A stretch of DNA of 64,000 bases from the human T2T-CHM13v2.0 reference genome, Homo sapiens (GCF_009914755.1 NC_060930.1), one strand, 5' to 3'. Positions 32,933 to 49,143 are shown, numbered from the stretch's first letter. Translations and numbers: made by a program. Notes: generated by a model not told the origin, from the letters alone.

Positions 32933-34364
32933 TCAAGAAACCTGATGCATTTTGTGGTATTTCTTATGCTGTGATTCCTTCTCTTCCATTATCCATCTTT
33001 ATCTTGTCATAATAATCTATCCATTATCTTCCTTTAAATATAGAATTAGTGCTTGCCTAATTGGCTTTCCTGGAATCTAATTAGTTTTAAACATTTTCTC
33101 ACCTTAATTTTTTGTATGTAAAAATGAAGATGGCGTTTGCAACAGAGTTGAGGTAATCGTTTTCACAGGGAAATCATTTCCAAGGATTTATAACTGTGTT
33201 CACTAATTTGTTAGAGCATGAAATGATGAACTCCATTTTTTTTTCTTTTGCACTCCAGATTACAGTCAAGGGAACATCTTTCTTCTTATACCCATCATAA
33301 AAAGAGACACAATAGCCAACGGCTTGCCTGCCATCTAGTGCTTACCTATTACCAGAAAAACTTCATGGTAGTGAAAATACGATCCTTCACTACTAATTTG
33401 ACTTCATTATTTGCAATCAACAAGATCAAAGCCAACTCTTTGGCACAATTTCTTTTGCTAGAAGTTTAAGAAAGTTCACTGGGTTTTTTATTTATGGCAA
33501 TCTCCTTTGATGTTTATTGAAATAGTTCAATAATGACTAAAATTTTCAAGTTTTTTGGCTGTCGGATTGATGTTTCCCTGAATAAATCACTGTGTATGAG
33601 TGGTCCACAAGGCTGCTCAATTTTATGGGCAGCACTTGGTAGTCAGTGTTGCCTGGTGAGTTAACATCTAGGGAGACTATCTGATATATACAGTCTTCTT
33701 CCATGAGGGGCTGGAAGCTTCCCCCTGACACAGTGTGGTGAAAGAGTTATTGAACCTGGGGTCTAATCCTGAATGTGAATTCCAGCTTAAGCCATTTTAT
33801 CTCGGACAAAGTCACCTGACTCTCCCAGGATTACATTGCTTATGTAAAATGAAAGGCCAGATTGATTGATTTCTAAGGTTTCTTCTAGTTCTAACTACAT
33901 TCTTGATTACAATCCATGTTGAATAATTAATAACCTGATGGAAAAGTTCGCAAATATTTTCATTTTGTATTTTCACTACAGATATTATTCTTTAAAATTA
34001 CTTGCTAATAATTGTTGCCCTAAAGAAGATTCAGACCGGAAAGTAGCTTTTATGCACTAAAATTCTTCACGGGGCTTGTATACTTTAATAGGGCAGATGC
34101 AAGCCATTTGGGCCAAACAAATCCATCCAAAGTTAGAAAAGCTCTAGGATATGTCAGGTCAGAAAGAACATGTAATAGGAAGAAAACCTATATAAATGTG
34201 AGGGGAAAGTATATGAACCTAGTTAAATTTTCGAGCCCACCCCTTACTGGCTATGTGCTATTGAAACCGCCACTGCAAAATTGTAACTGCCCTAAAGAAG
34301 ATTCAGAGCTGAAGAGTTGCTTTTATGTACTAACATACGTAATGGGGCTTGTTTACCTTAATAT

Positions 34365-34685
34365 AGGTTTTATAGCAAAAGCCCCACCCAAGTTCCTAGT
34401 CATGTCTGTTTATGCAAATGAGAGATTCAAATTTGTTTAGTTCTGATTGGTTTATACAGCTGAGCCCTCATTGGTCAATACAGATGATCCCTGATTGGTT
34501 GGTTCAGGTGAGCTCTGAAAATTCTGAACTTGAACAGAGGTGTGGGTTTACTGGGAACTCAGAGTACTCCTTGTGACTTCTAGTTAGCAACTGATCCTTG
34601 GCTCTATTTTAAATTCAGGTCCAGTTAACCACTTGGGATTCATCCTGAAGGACTGGCTTTTTCAGTTTCACATTTATTAATGACA
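34365..34685 (-). mobile_element. Truncated second copy of the MER110-like LTR (U3 to TATA)
   Basis: Alignable to 21440-22097; CCAAT repeats and ATGCAAAT. Confidence 0.7.
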
Positions 34686-34729
34686 ACTTTGCATTTTTTA
34701 GTTACCCTGTTAATCAATTTTGGTCAGCT

Positions 34730-35029
<300 letters not shown>

Positions 35030-35209
35030 TTACCAGCTTGAATTCTCCCCATTGCACCCTGGGAAGTTCATGGCCCTGGTCTGCAAGTCTCCCAGGTTGT
35101 TCCTAAGAACTTCGTCTGTGGAGAAGATATAGAATAAAGAAGAAGATTTGGGGAAAATCAGAAGATCTTAGAGAGCCAGGAGAGCAACCTGGGCTCCTCA
35201 CTGTCCACC

Positions 35210-35252
35210 AAAAACAAAACAAAACAAAACAAAACAAAACAAAACAAAACAC
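35210..35252 (+). repeat. (CAAAA)n microsatellite
   Basis: About 8 tandem units, directly visible. Confidence 0.9.
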
Positions 35253-36887
35253 AATTCCCTTGGCTAGAATAAGAAAGAAAGGCCTTTTGGTCCCAGAGCA
35301 GTGGAATTGGGCCTAGCTTCATAACAGAAACCCAGGGAAACAGCAAGCTGTTGGAGGGGAGACTGCCATGTGTCACATCAGGGCTCCCTGTGACCCAAGC
35401 ATAGCAAAGAAGAATCTGAGAACGAATACTCTCAAACAGCTCTTCTTCATCTGTCAAAATATAATGCCCATTTTTTCTAGACAGTGAAGCAAAATTTTAC
35501 TCCCCTAGTTATTTGAGTGCAGATGGTAGCAAAATTGAGTTAGGGAATGTTGTGCACAGTTGGGAGAGGGACAGGGAAGGATAGTTTGTGTGGAACCCTT
35601 TCTTGGTGCACACTTTGTATTTTTTTTATAAATCTATGCCATTCTGACTCAGCACTGATTACTACATGCACAATGATAGCAATCCACAGGCAAGCATTCA
35701 TATTGCTAATGATACTGCTTTGCAGAGTGATTATCTGAGAGCCATTCTCAGCTGCTGCATCAGGATTACAGCATTTTTGCAACCACAAATTAAGGCAGGG
35801 GTGAAAAAGCCAGCACTTGTTCAGTCAAAAAGAGCTGGCAAAGAGGGCAGCCTGCAATTAAATTAAACATGCTTGTCACCAGGGGGCTGGCAGGCCTGGT
35901 TCACATGCTCGAGAGTAGGGGATGACCTTTAACAGATGTAGATTCTCAATATATAAACCCTTGAGTCCAAAGCAGATAAATGAACAAAGTGTTGTAGCTG
36001 GCTGCATCACGTTTTTATCTCCATTTGAATAAGCATTTTCTGGGCTTATTGTTGAGATAGAACAAGTCATTGTTGAGATCTCTTAAAGGACCACACCAGC
36101 CAGCCCCATCTGCGATCTTATGCTTGGATATCCCAGGGATCAGTTTAACCAAAATCATTCATTTGTGCCAGTCCCTTCAACACTTTCTGAAAATTTTCTC
36201 TTTGGCTGTTTTGGATAAGAAAACTTCATTTTCAAATGTTTTGCCTAATATCTTTACCTTAACTGAGGTACACAAAAAGATCTTCCAGAGACAGAGGATC
36301 ACTTGTAATAGCAAAAGATTCAAGTAACTGACTCAGGAGAGAAGTGTCTGCTAGCAGTAGGACTGGGCTATTTGATATATTTCATGAAACTTCTCTCTAC
36401 TTCCCATCCTGCCTTTATCAGGAAGGCAAAGAAAAAACTTGATTTCACAAAAGCTTGACCCTTTAATTACTGGCACACTCAGGTTCACAGAAATCCTAAA
36501 TGGCTTTGTATTGGCCACAACTATTATCTCCAGCAGATTTATAAAACACTGCGAGGCCATATCGCTAGTACTCAGCATATGCAAACGTTTTAACCAGATA
36601 TGTTTCCTTATATGGGTTCTCTGTTCTAGCCTTAACTTGCCTAGAGCCTTCCTAACCCTTGGTGTGACCCTCTGTCTCCACTCTCTTTTCCACACATCAA
36701 AACATTATTCACCTTCAAGCACAGCTCAAAGCTCACTTCTTCCAGGAGGCAGTCCCTGATTAATCAGATGGAAGTGGTCACTTCCCCTCAGGAAATGAGA
36801 CAGCTGCTCTATGAAGAAAAGAGCATTAGACTGAGAATCAGAAGGGCTGAACCCAAATCCCAGCTTTGCTAAGAACTCATTGAGGGA

Positions 36888-37360
36888 CTATATTAGTTTC
36901 CTAGAGCTTCCATAAGAAAGTATCACATACTAGGTGGCTTTAAACAATAGAAATGTATCATTTTACAGTTCTGGAGGCTGGAAATCTGAAATTAAGGTGT
37001 TAGCAGAGCTGTTTCCTTCTGAAAGCTATGAGGGAGAATCTCTTTCATGTCTCTTTCCTAGCTTCTGTTGGTTTGCTGGCAATCTTTGGTGTTCCTTGGC
37101 TAGTAGAAGTGCTACCCTGATGTCTGCCTTTATCTTCACGTGGCATTCTCCCTGTTTGCATGTCTGGCTCTGTATCCAAATTTCCTCTTTTTATAAGGAC
37201 ACCATTCATATTGGATTAGGGGCCCACCCTATGCCAGTATGACTTCATCTTAACTAATTACATTTGCAATGATCCTATTTACAAATAGGTTGTATTCTGA
37301 GGTACTGAGGGTTAGACTTCAAGATCTGAATTTGGAGAGTATGCAATTCAACCTGTAACA
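36888..37360 (-). mobile_element. MLT1B/C-like MaLR LTR
   Basis: tattagtttcctag...acagttctggaggctggaaatctgaaattaaggtg...attcaacctgtaaca. Confidence 0.8.
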
Positions 37361-39409
37361 GGGCCCATAGGAAAAAAAAAATCCCTCTCAGTTTCCTGAC
37401 CTATAAAATAGAGGTAAAGTAGAAATAACTACTCACGGAATCCTTGGAAGGATTAGTGTAGGTAGTTACCTAGCTCTGTGGCTCAGTGGATGCATATGTT
37501 AGATTCCATATGTTATCATTTTTATTTTCTGCTGTCTTATTATGCTTTTTACACCTATATATGAGTGGAAGCAGAGAGGAGAGAAGACCCAAACATAATT
37601 GATGGTTCCTCCCTGGGGGAAGTGGGGACACCATAACAGCTTCCTTCAGTGAGGCACCAAGCTAGGCAAGGACACAAGCCGTAAGCAAAGAGCTTACAGT
37701 CTGTTGGAGGGATTGCAGTGCCAGATGACCCAGCACAACTCATGAGTTAATGTTTGAAAGGTGTAGTGGTCTTTCCCTCAGTTCTTCAGCTGCTGCCTGG
37801 GACGCAGGATTTACTTCAGTGGAGTCAGTTATGAGATGCGGCAAGAAGAGAAAGTGCTCTCCAAGTGCGTGTTTATTTTACTGCAAATTTCATTTTCAGA
37901 TGCATGTTTGTGTAAAATGCCTGTACATTTCCTTTGGACCATCTGCTGTGGAAGTAATAGGTCAGATTCAAGGGTGCTCTTTCCCTGCGGGCGTGGGGTC
38001 AGACCGATTCAGATCTTGTTCTCTTACACAGGCAGGGAGCCCAAAACTTGCCTCTGCTGTCCTTCTCTGAGAGTCTACCAAATGGCTTCCTTACTATTGT
38101 TGCACAACACTACACATAATTTTAAATTATATCACCCACAATTTCTTTTAGAAGCTCCACAGAAAGACGTCCATAAAATTAGCCCTAGTAGGGTTCTTAT
38201 TGTTTCATTAAAGGTTTCTGGTAACTTTCTGATGTGATGGAACAGTCATAACTACAAATTTTATACATTTTGGATACATGACATAGGCGTTTGCTTTCTT
38301 TTTAGAAAAACGTGAAACTAGGAAGGGAGTGTATTCAGAACTGAGCTCCCTACCTGGCTGATGACAGAAGCATGGGCAGTGGAGGAGCCAGTAAGTGATC
38401 TCCCAGGCATTCAGCTCACTCAGCCCCGTAGCCTCCCTTAGAGTGCTTTTCCATGCTTGTGTCTTAAACAATGGGCACAAAGTGATGAATTCGGAATGGA
38501 CACACAGTAGCTGCTTTTAAGCGTGATTCCACCTGCCTCTAGCTGTCGACATAAGGCCACACTAGAGTAATTTTGTGGCAAATTCTGAGCTTGGTTACAG
38601 AACTTTTGGGCAGGCAGGACTCAACAAGCAAATCCCCCCCAGAGGGGGATTATGATTTATATTTGCAAATCACCAAATAAAGTTCACATAAACCTCATGA
38701 GAGATTCCTCCTTCCATGCTATAAAGTGGAGGTCAGAAATGTCGAGACTTTCCCCAGGCTCCTCAGGAAGAAAGAAGCAGAGCCAGGACTCACACAGGAC
38801 TTCTGACTCAAAAGCCTTTTCTCTCATGAGCCACTGGCCATGTGCGGTGGGCAGAAGTGGCTCTTACTCTCCTCCTCAGGAAACTCCCCAGGGCTGAGGG
38901 AGGGGATGTGCTGAAGGGTCAGCAGGTGAAAGCAACCCTCACATAGGCCCATTCTGTAGGAAAGGGCAGAGCCCCTGTGCCCCAACATCTACTGCAGCAG
39001 AGGCCAGCACTTGAATAAGAAGTGCTGAGGAAGTGACCAGCACTTCTTTCTGAAGCAAGCCTAAATTAAGGGATAGTAAACCCCAGGAAGGAAACTCTGG
39101 ACTGCTCCACTAGCATGAAGACAGCCAAAGGGCACCCAGGGTGCTCTGCAACCTTTTGCTCACAGAAGTGGAGGTGCTGAAGGTGCTTACTCTAAACTGA
39201 AAAAGGGATATTCTCTGAACTTTCCTCACTCTTTCCCATCCCCAAACTCGCAGACTGTGATAAGCCATAGTTCCACTATTAGACGGTAATCCCCTGCATG
39301 GCAAGATCTTTGTATTTCATGGTATTTCCAGAAACTCAAATTGAATCCAACATAGAATAGGCTCTCAGCAAAGGAGTATTAACGATGATATTAGATTTCT
39401 CTAGATAGA

Positions 39410-39618
39410 TAAAGATTTCTCAACCCTGGCACTTTTAGCATTTGGGGGCAGATAATTTTTCTTTTTGGGGAGTTGTCCTATGTAAGATGTTTAGTAGCAT
39501 CCCTGGCCTTGACTATGAGATGCCGGACCCACCACCAGTTGTGACAACCAAAAATGCTTCCCAACATTGCTGAATGACCATTGGTAGCAAAATCAACCTT
39601 GGTTGAGAATCACTGCTT
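39410..39618. mobile_element. MER20-like hAT element
   Basis: ttctcaacc...tttagtagcatccctggcct...ccagttgtgacaaccaaaaatg...ggttgagaatcactg. Confidence 0.75.
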
Positions 39619-40398
39619 TAGAGGAAGAAATGAACTAACATATCTGAGCCTGGGCTATGTGCTGGATGCTTTATTGATGTGATCTCAGTTTGATCTTCAC
39701 AATAACCCTGTGAGGTAGGTATTACCATGTACAGCTGAACAGACTGAGGCACAGATTATGTAACTGGTTCAAGAACTCTCAGCTTAGATGTAGCAGAGCT
39801 AGATTCTGAAGTAGGCCTGTCAGATTCCTATGCTGACAGGAGGCAGAAATAACAACGGAAACAAGATCTGTACAGGCATTCGTGGGTGTTCTACAACTGT
39901 TGTTCACATAATCATCATTCTCATGTCTTTTTCAGTTTACTAAAAGGTTGAAGTCTGAATGTATATTTTAAGCACCGATTTCTATTTTTTCTCCGTAGGA
40001 CTATTAAATGCAGTATTCATAATTTCACTGTAAATTTTCTCCAGTGTCACTTCAGAAATGTATTAAAAGTCAGATATATTTTCACATGGAATGACTACTG
40101 GGCTCCCCCTGGTGTTAGCTTTGATTATATTTGACTTTAAAGGAGCTCATGTGTGACCGCATTTCAAATTAATGAGAGCTTTCTCTAAGAGGCAGTTTAA
40201 AAAATTCAGCTGGCTCTCATTGATTGCATTATAAAATTGTTTTATTCAGATTTTGCAAATATTATATTTAAGGGCCTAATGTAACTTAAGTTTTATAATG
40301 TAACAAAACAACTAATTTGAATTTGTTGTTCAAATTATTTTTTATGGACCCAAAGAGACATTTGAGAATATGGGAGTAACTGGCAAAAACAAACATAT

Positions 40399-40725
40399 AC
40401 AGTCATGAGCCACATAACAATGTTTTGCTCAATGCCAGACCACATATATAACGGTGGTCCCATATATTATAACACTATATATTTACTGTACCTTTTCTAT
40501 GTTTAGATATTCAAATACTTACTATTATGTTACAGTTACCCACAGTGTTCACCACAGTAACATGCTGTACAGAAACCCAGGAGAAATAGGCTATACCCTA
40601 TAGCCTAGGTGTGTAGCAGGCTCTACCATCTAAGTATGTGTAAGTACACTCTGATGTTAATACAACGAAATCGGCTAATGATAAATTTCTTAGAATGTGT
40701 ATCCCTGTTGATAAGCAATGTATGA
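40399..40725. mobile_element. Tigger3/MER7-like DNA transposon
   Basis: tacagtcatgagccacataac...ggtggtcccata...tagcctaggtgtgtagcaggct...tgtgtaagtacactct. Confidence 0.75.
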
Positions 40726-40801
40726 TAGATGTGTGTGTGTATATATATATACACACACACACATATATATGTATGATAGATGTGTGTGTATATATATATA
40801 T
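40719..40801. repeat. Compound (TG)n(TA)n(CA)n microsatellite
   Basis: Directly visible. Confidence 0.9.
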
Positions 40802-41162
40802 GGAAATGTTCAGTCTCACTTTGATGAAAAGAAGTGCAAACCAAAATAATGTGGTAATGCTGTACTCTACCAACTAAACAAATTTTTCTTTAAATAACAC
40901 CAAATTATGTGAGGGCAAAATAAAATTGAAACAGTCATGCTTTGCTACTGGCCTTCTGGTGCAATAATCTGGAATAGTAACAATATGCAGAAAAAGGCAT
41001 AAAATCTTGTGTATTCTTTGACCTAATCATCCCATATCTAGGAATGGTTTAAACAAATACTTCAGAAGGAGTTAAAGCTATTTTTGCATAGATGTTCATT
41101 ACAGCATTGATTGCAATAATAAAATATTGGAAACAGCCTAAGTAGTTAACAGTGATCAGCTT

Positions 41163-41376
41163 GGCCTGGCCTGGTGGCTCATGCCTGTAATCCCAGCACT
41201 TTAGGAGGCTGAGGCAGGTGAATCATCACGTGCCTGTAATTTCAGCTACTCGCGAGGCTGAGGCAGGAGAATCATTTGAACCTGGGAGGCAGAGGTTGCA
41301 GTGAGGGGGATGTTGTGCCACTAGACTCCAGCCTGGGTGACAGAGTGAGACTCCGTCTGGAAAAAAGAAAAAAAAA
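41163..41376 (+). mobile_element. Alu with central deletion
   Basis: Left-arm 5' part fused directly to the right arm at about 41228. Confidence 0.85.
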
Positions 41377-42710
41377 TTCCCCCCAAAATATCCCAAACAA
41401 TGAAAGATGGTATATTTAACTAAATTATGGTACAACCACTTTAGTATAGTTGCAGTTAAGGTGGGCTTTAGAGTCAGACTATCTGGGTTGAAATGCTGGC
41501 TCCAGTGCTAGTTCTGTTGCTCCAAAGAAGTTGAATCTCTTCATTGGTAAGGTGGGTATAATAGTAGTACCTAGCTATAGGATTGTTTTGAGGATTAAAC
41601 AAGATCAAGTGCATAACACATTTAGAAAAAAATGTGTGGTACAAAGTGCTCAGTATATGTCTTGATGCAGCTATCGAAATTGAGAATTTAAAAATAAGAA
41701 TTATAAAATTACATAACCACTTAAAAATCTAATGTTATGATATATTTCAAAAAACATGATATTGAAAGAGAAAAATGTTCTCTATAAGCATAAAGGTTGG
41801 TGGAAAAAATACAAAAATAAGAATAAATATGTCAAAATGGGAAATGATTGATGACCTTTCCACTCTCAATTTTCTATTTTACTATTATCACTTAAATACT
41901 AAAAAGTAAGCAGCTGGAACTCAGAAAAAAGTGTTTTAATTTATGTATTCAACCAGTCATTAATTGGTGTCTTCTGTGTTTTAGGCACTGCAAAATTTGG
42001 CTCAACAATTAAAACATTCTCATAAAAAGCTTTATAGTTTTATAAATATACAAAGCTTTGTATTTTAGTAGAAGAGACAGGCATAAACATTAACACCTTT
42101 AACTAGAATGTGCAACAAGGTCACCAGAAGGACATCTAAATGACTCTAAGATGGGGGGGGGGAATCGTCAAGGAAAGCTTCACAAATGATGTAATGTATA
42201 AACGTATCCTTGAAGGACGCATAGAAACTAATTAAACGAAGAACGGCAAGAACATTCTAGAAAAGTTACACAACTCATAAAGACACAGGTGAATTAAAGC
42301 GCAATGGGTTCAAGGAACTGCAAGTAGATTGGTTATGACCACAGCATAGGAGAGTGTGGTAAGAGCCTGGTGAGACAGCTAGGGGGAGCAGTTGAGAGAT
42401 GTTAATCGGAGAAATGGCAAAGGGAGAGAAGTCCTTATGTATGTAAGACTTGATGATGGGGGGTATGTGGGTGGTGAGTAAGAATAAGGAACTTCGGCTC
42501 CAGGAGGACAGGATCTCATCTGATGTGTACAGCACTGTTTCTCCAATGCTGGAAATATCTATCAAAGAGACACTGCAGGAGAAAGAAAACACCGTATGCA
42601 TGTAGATGTTTGTTTCAGCATTATTTATAATAGTAAAACGATTAGAACTGTGCCTGATACTTCGTAAACTCTCAATATCATAAATCTATGACTCTAAAGT
42701 TTAGGGAAGA

Positions 42711-43000
42711 GGCCGGGCGCGGTGGCTCATGCCTGTAATCCCAGCACGTTGGGAGACCGAGGTGGGCGGATCACCTGAGGTCAGGGTTGGAGATCAGCCT
42801 CACCAACACATAGTGAAACCCTGTCTCTACTAAAAATACAAAAGCTAGGCGTAGTGGCACAAGCCTATAGTCCCAGCTACTTGGGAAGCTGAAGCAAGAG
42901 AATCGCGTGAATCCAGGAGGCGGAAATTGCAGTGAGCCAAGATAGTGTGGCTGCAATCCAGCCTGGGCGACAGAGAGAAACTCCGTCTCTCAAAAAAAAA
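42711..43000 (+). mobile_element. AluS
   Basis: Full dimer; TSD-like taaagtttaggg on both sides. Confidence 0.9.
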
Positions 43001-44261
43001 TATAATAATATTTTTTAAAAAAATAAAGTTTAGGGTAGAGGACTCAGGTTTCTTTGGGACACTTAAGCATATAGATGACAATTAATAACATACATTTTAG
43101 AGACAGATAGAAACAGAGGCATACTGGTAGACTGACAGAGACACAGTAAGAGGTTTATGGTTTTGCTATTAAACTCATGAATTATGCTTTAGTGTGTTTT
43201 TAACATTCCAATATGTGGTAGGGGTGATTACCTTTTTCCAAGACAGACATATTAAAATATACACTATAATTGTGAATGTATTCTTTGTCATACATTTCTG
43301 CTGTTTGTTTTCTATAAAGCTGTGTTTTGGGGTGTTAACACAATGAGAAATAGTGTATCTACCTATATTTTCCGCTTTTAATTTTCAAATTACTTTTTCA
43401 TTAAATATTATCTCTGCCATTAATTTTGCAAAATAATTTTTTTGGGGGACAGTTTTGTCTGGAATGTAATTTTTCCACTCCTTTTCTTCTAAATGTTCTT
43501 CTGTGCCAATAAATTTTAGGTATTTTATAACCAAGGTATAGCTGTGTTTTACTCCTAGTCAAATACTGTCTTTTAAATGGCAAATTTAATCGGTTAAACT
43601 TCATTTTGATATTTGGACTCATTTCTAATGTTTGACTTTGCATTCTAATTTGTCATGCCAGTCCTTTCTGATTTCCTGCTTTCCACTGGACTATTTTTTT
43701 TTTTTGCTATTACCTTCTTTCTAGTCTACATTAATTTTATTATTTTAGTGGTTACATTTAATATCATAAAATATAAACCTGACTTAAGAAAATATAACAA
43801 TCAGTATGTCTGTCCTCCTTATAAACAGTACAAGGACATCAACATGCTTTAATTTGTTTCAGCCCCTTTCATCTTCTGTAACTACTCTCCAGTGTTTTTG
43901 GTTTTTTTTTTTAATATTCTAGTATTATTGTAGGTTTTTTTTTTTTTACAACTAGTGTATTTATTTAGATAGATTTATACTTTTACCTCTTCCTTTGGCA
44001 ATATTATTGCTTATTGCATCTCAGTCTTTCTTCTGAGTTCAGTCTTTTTATTTCAGTACATTCTTTAGCATTAATTCTTCTAGTATGAATCTGAGTGGCA
44101 AAACTTTCCAATCTTTGTCCAAAAATTATTTCACCCTTACACAAAAAAGAGTTCATCTGAGCACAGAATTTTAAATTGAAAGGTATTTTGCTTTAGAACT
44201 TAGAAGGTGTTATTCTATCGTTCCATGACTTCTGTGATTTCTGATGAGAAATCCATAACAT

Positions 44262-44767
44262 TGTAGTGGAGGAAGCAAAACTTTACTTCTACCCTCAGGA
44301 TATTTTGGTTGGGTTTGAGAATTAAATTGACATGAGAGGTCAACAGGAGAAAAGCATATAAATTTATTGAATGGAAGTTTTACGTGGCACAGGAGTAGGA
44401 AATGAAGACCCGAAGACAAAGAATGGAATGCTTATGTGAAGAATCTGACAAAGTGAAGTAAGTTGTGAAAATGTGACAGCAAAGGGGCTTGGGTTAGAGT
44501 AATTAATTAGGTGGAGAAGTGACTAGAGAGGTAAGGGTTGGTGTAACAAGGTTTATTTGTACAGATTTTCCTTGGCCTTAATTTTCTGTCCTTGATGAGA
44601 ATGATACTTTCCTTCTGGTATAGGGAGGGCATCTTTCATCTCCTGCTTTTAAGAAACAAAAGGAAGGTCAGAGTGTATGTGCATCTGCTGTTTTTCAAGT
44701 GTCTATCTCCAAATAGTCAATATGTCAGAGTGACATATTTTGAAATGGTGTGTTCTGAATTCCTTCA
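44262..44767 (-). mobile_element. MER34-like ERV1 solo LTR
   Basis: Minus strand tgaaggaattcagaacac...aaaatatgtcact... to ...ctaca; 4-bp TSD-like acat/acgt. Confidence 0.72.
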
Positions 44768-44795
44768 ACGTGATTTATCATAAAAAGTAAAAGGA

Positions 44796-46203
<1,408 letters not shown>

Positions 46204-47389
46204 TCAGAAACTTCTGTAGGTAAATTGTTTTGAAAAATCAAGGGGGCATGTCTCCTGTAACATGTATTCACAATTTTTTAATATATTTTATTCTATCTAA
46301 ACATTTAGTTTAATGCAATTTTAATAGGATTGCATTAGAGATAGAAATAAAAGTATTATGTAGTGCATTTGGAATAAAAGAATACACAGGTTCTCTTCTA
46401 TAAAGTCAAGTCCCTCCTCCTCTGCCTTGGCAAGTCTGAGAAGTTAAGTGCCACTTTCTTGACAAAGTATCTACATTAATTACTTGGAATTCATCTGTTT
46501 AGGTTTGTCTTATATCCTGATTTTAAGTTTTACATTTGCCATGTTCTAAATATTACCCAGTTTTATTCAACATATAGTTGCCATTTCTGTTTTCAAATAT
46601 CTTCAATTTTTGCCGTCCCTAACTGCATCCCTTATTTATTATGTATGCAGGTTAATTCAAGGGATGACTGACTTTTGTAACTTGATTGTCCTTACTCGGC
46701 ATGTTTTATTTTATAGAACTTTACCTGCTTCTATACATGCCTTATTATGTGTAGACATCAAGTGTTTAGCAGTTTTTTTTTTGGTAACCAAATGATTTTT
46801 TTTTTTTTTTGAGGTAAGGTCAACTGTTGAATATCGTACAATAATTTTTAATTTAGTTATTTGGCAGCGTTACTGAATGGGTTTTGCTTTTCACTTTCTC
46901 TTGGTGTTTACAGCACAAACTGCAAACACAGATCAACAAACTATTTTGCCTCTTTTCAACAGTCAAAACTTTTGAAGCATATACTCTTCCAAATTTCTAA
47001 ACTTCAAATTATGTTCGGCCTTCTAGTCCCATTCCTGCCTGAGTCTAACACTAGTATCTCACCATCACATATGGCGTAAGGCTTCTTTTTGACATATTTT
47101 ACTTACATTTTAAGAAATAATTCTATTATTCTTTACAAAGTACGTGAAACCACAGGTATCAAATATATATGCTTACCCAAATTTTAAGATTAACTTACTT
47201 ACATGCCACATTTAATTATGAGTATTTCGTGAAACTACCATATTTGAAAGGAAATTCTCTAAAATGTACTTTAACCAGCCAGACTGATGTTACCTGGATT
47301 TAAACAGGAAGATTACACCTCTCCTGCTTGTAATGCAATTTTCACTTCCATGTGTAACCCTTAACATAACTAACATACATAACTCTAGT

Positions 47390-47670
47390 TTGAGATAGTC
47401 TCGCTCATGTCACCCAGACTGGAGTGCAGTGGAGCAATCAATCTTCGTTCACTGTAACTTTCGCCTCCCGGACTTATGAACAACCCTCCCACCGCAGCCT
47501 CCCGAACAGCTGGGACTACAGGCCTGCATCACCAGACCCAGCTAGTTTCTGTGGGGACAGGGTCTCAATTATGTTAACGGTCAAGCCCCAGGCTTGAACG
47601 ACCCTCCCGCTCCAACCTCCACTCAAGTGCAAGTACTGACTGCTCACAAGCGTTAAGCCACCTCGCCCAG
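47390..47670 (-). mobile_element. Highly diverged Alu (AluJ-like)
   Basis: Reverse Alu with many substitutions but recognisable ctggagtgcagtgg and agctgggactacagg. Confidence 0.75.
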
Positions 47671-47820
47671 TGACATATATAACCAAAATTACCTCAAACT
47701 AATGGCCGATGGAACGCTCCTTGAAAATTCAGTCCCCGTACATTCCCGAAATGCGCTTAAACGGGCATTTGTGACAGGCAAGTAAGATGGCTGGTTAACA
47801 GCAGTAACGTTTTGTAACGT

Positions 47821-47861
47821 ACAGCCTTTTTCTGAGACGGTAGGTGGCTCTGAAAAGAGCC
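47821..47861 (-). terminator. H2AC1: H2AC1 histone 3' stem-loop (47861..47846) and U7 HDE
   Basis: Minus strand reads AAAA-GGCTCTTTTCAGAGCC-ACCTA...AAAAAGGCTGT. Confidence 0.95.
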
Positions 47862-47909
47862 TTTTGTTTTTTCTGACACAGAAGTCTTTTTATCAATGAC
47901 AACCTTAAG

Positions 47910-48686
<777 letters not shown>

Positions 48687-49070
48687 ATGCCGGAGGTGTC
48701 ATCTAAAGGTGCTACCATTTCCAAGAAGGGCTTTAAGAAAGCTGTCGTTAAGACCCAGAAAAAGGAAGGCAAAAAGCGCAAGAGGACCCGTAAGGAGAGT
48801 TATTCTATTTACATCTACAAAGTGCTAAAGCAGGTCCATCCGGACACTGGCATCTCTTCGAAAGCTATGAGCATTATGAATTCCTTCGTCACTGATATCT
48901 TTGAGCGTATAGCGAGCGAGGCATCACGTTTGGCTCACTACAGCAAGCGCTCCACCATTTCTTCCAGAGAGATTCAGACAGCAGTGCGCTTGCTACTGCC
49001 GGGAGAGCTGGCTAAACATGCTGTGTCTGAGGGCACCAAGGCTGTCACTAAGTACACCAGCTCCAAGTAA
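48687..49070 (+). CDS. H2BC1: Histone H2B type 1-A (TSH2B/TH2B; HIST1H2BA), 127 aa, intronless
   Basis: Intact ORF from ATG 48687: [45 protein letters not shown]...KYTSSK. The ORF track's start at 48591 is a TTG in the leader. Confidence 0.98.
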   Translation: MPEVSSKGATISKKGFKKAVVKTQKKEGKKRKRTRKESYSIYIYKVLKQVHPDTGISSKAMSIMNSFVTDIFERIASEASRLAHYSKRSTISSREIQTAVRLLLPGELAKHAVSEGTKAVTKYTSSK

Positions 49071-49102
49071 GCCTGCAAAGTAAACGTCATTTCTAACCCA
49101 AA

Positions 49103-49143
49103 GGCTCTTTTCAGAGCCACTTAAACATACTGAAACAGCTGTG
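49103..49143 (+). terminator. H2BC1: H2BC1 histone 3' stem-loop (49103-49118) and HDE
   Basis: CCCAAA-GGCTCTTTTCAGAGCC-ACTTA...GAAACAGCTGTG. Confidence 0.93.

Noticed and set aside
36351-38480. Several 90-133-aa ORFs in intergenic DNA
   Set aside because: No recognisable homology, splice structure or promoter; part overlaps a MaLR LTR.
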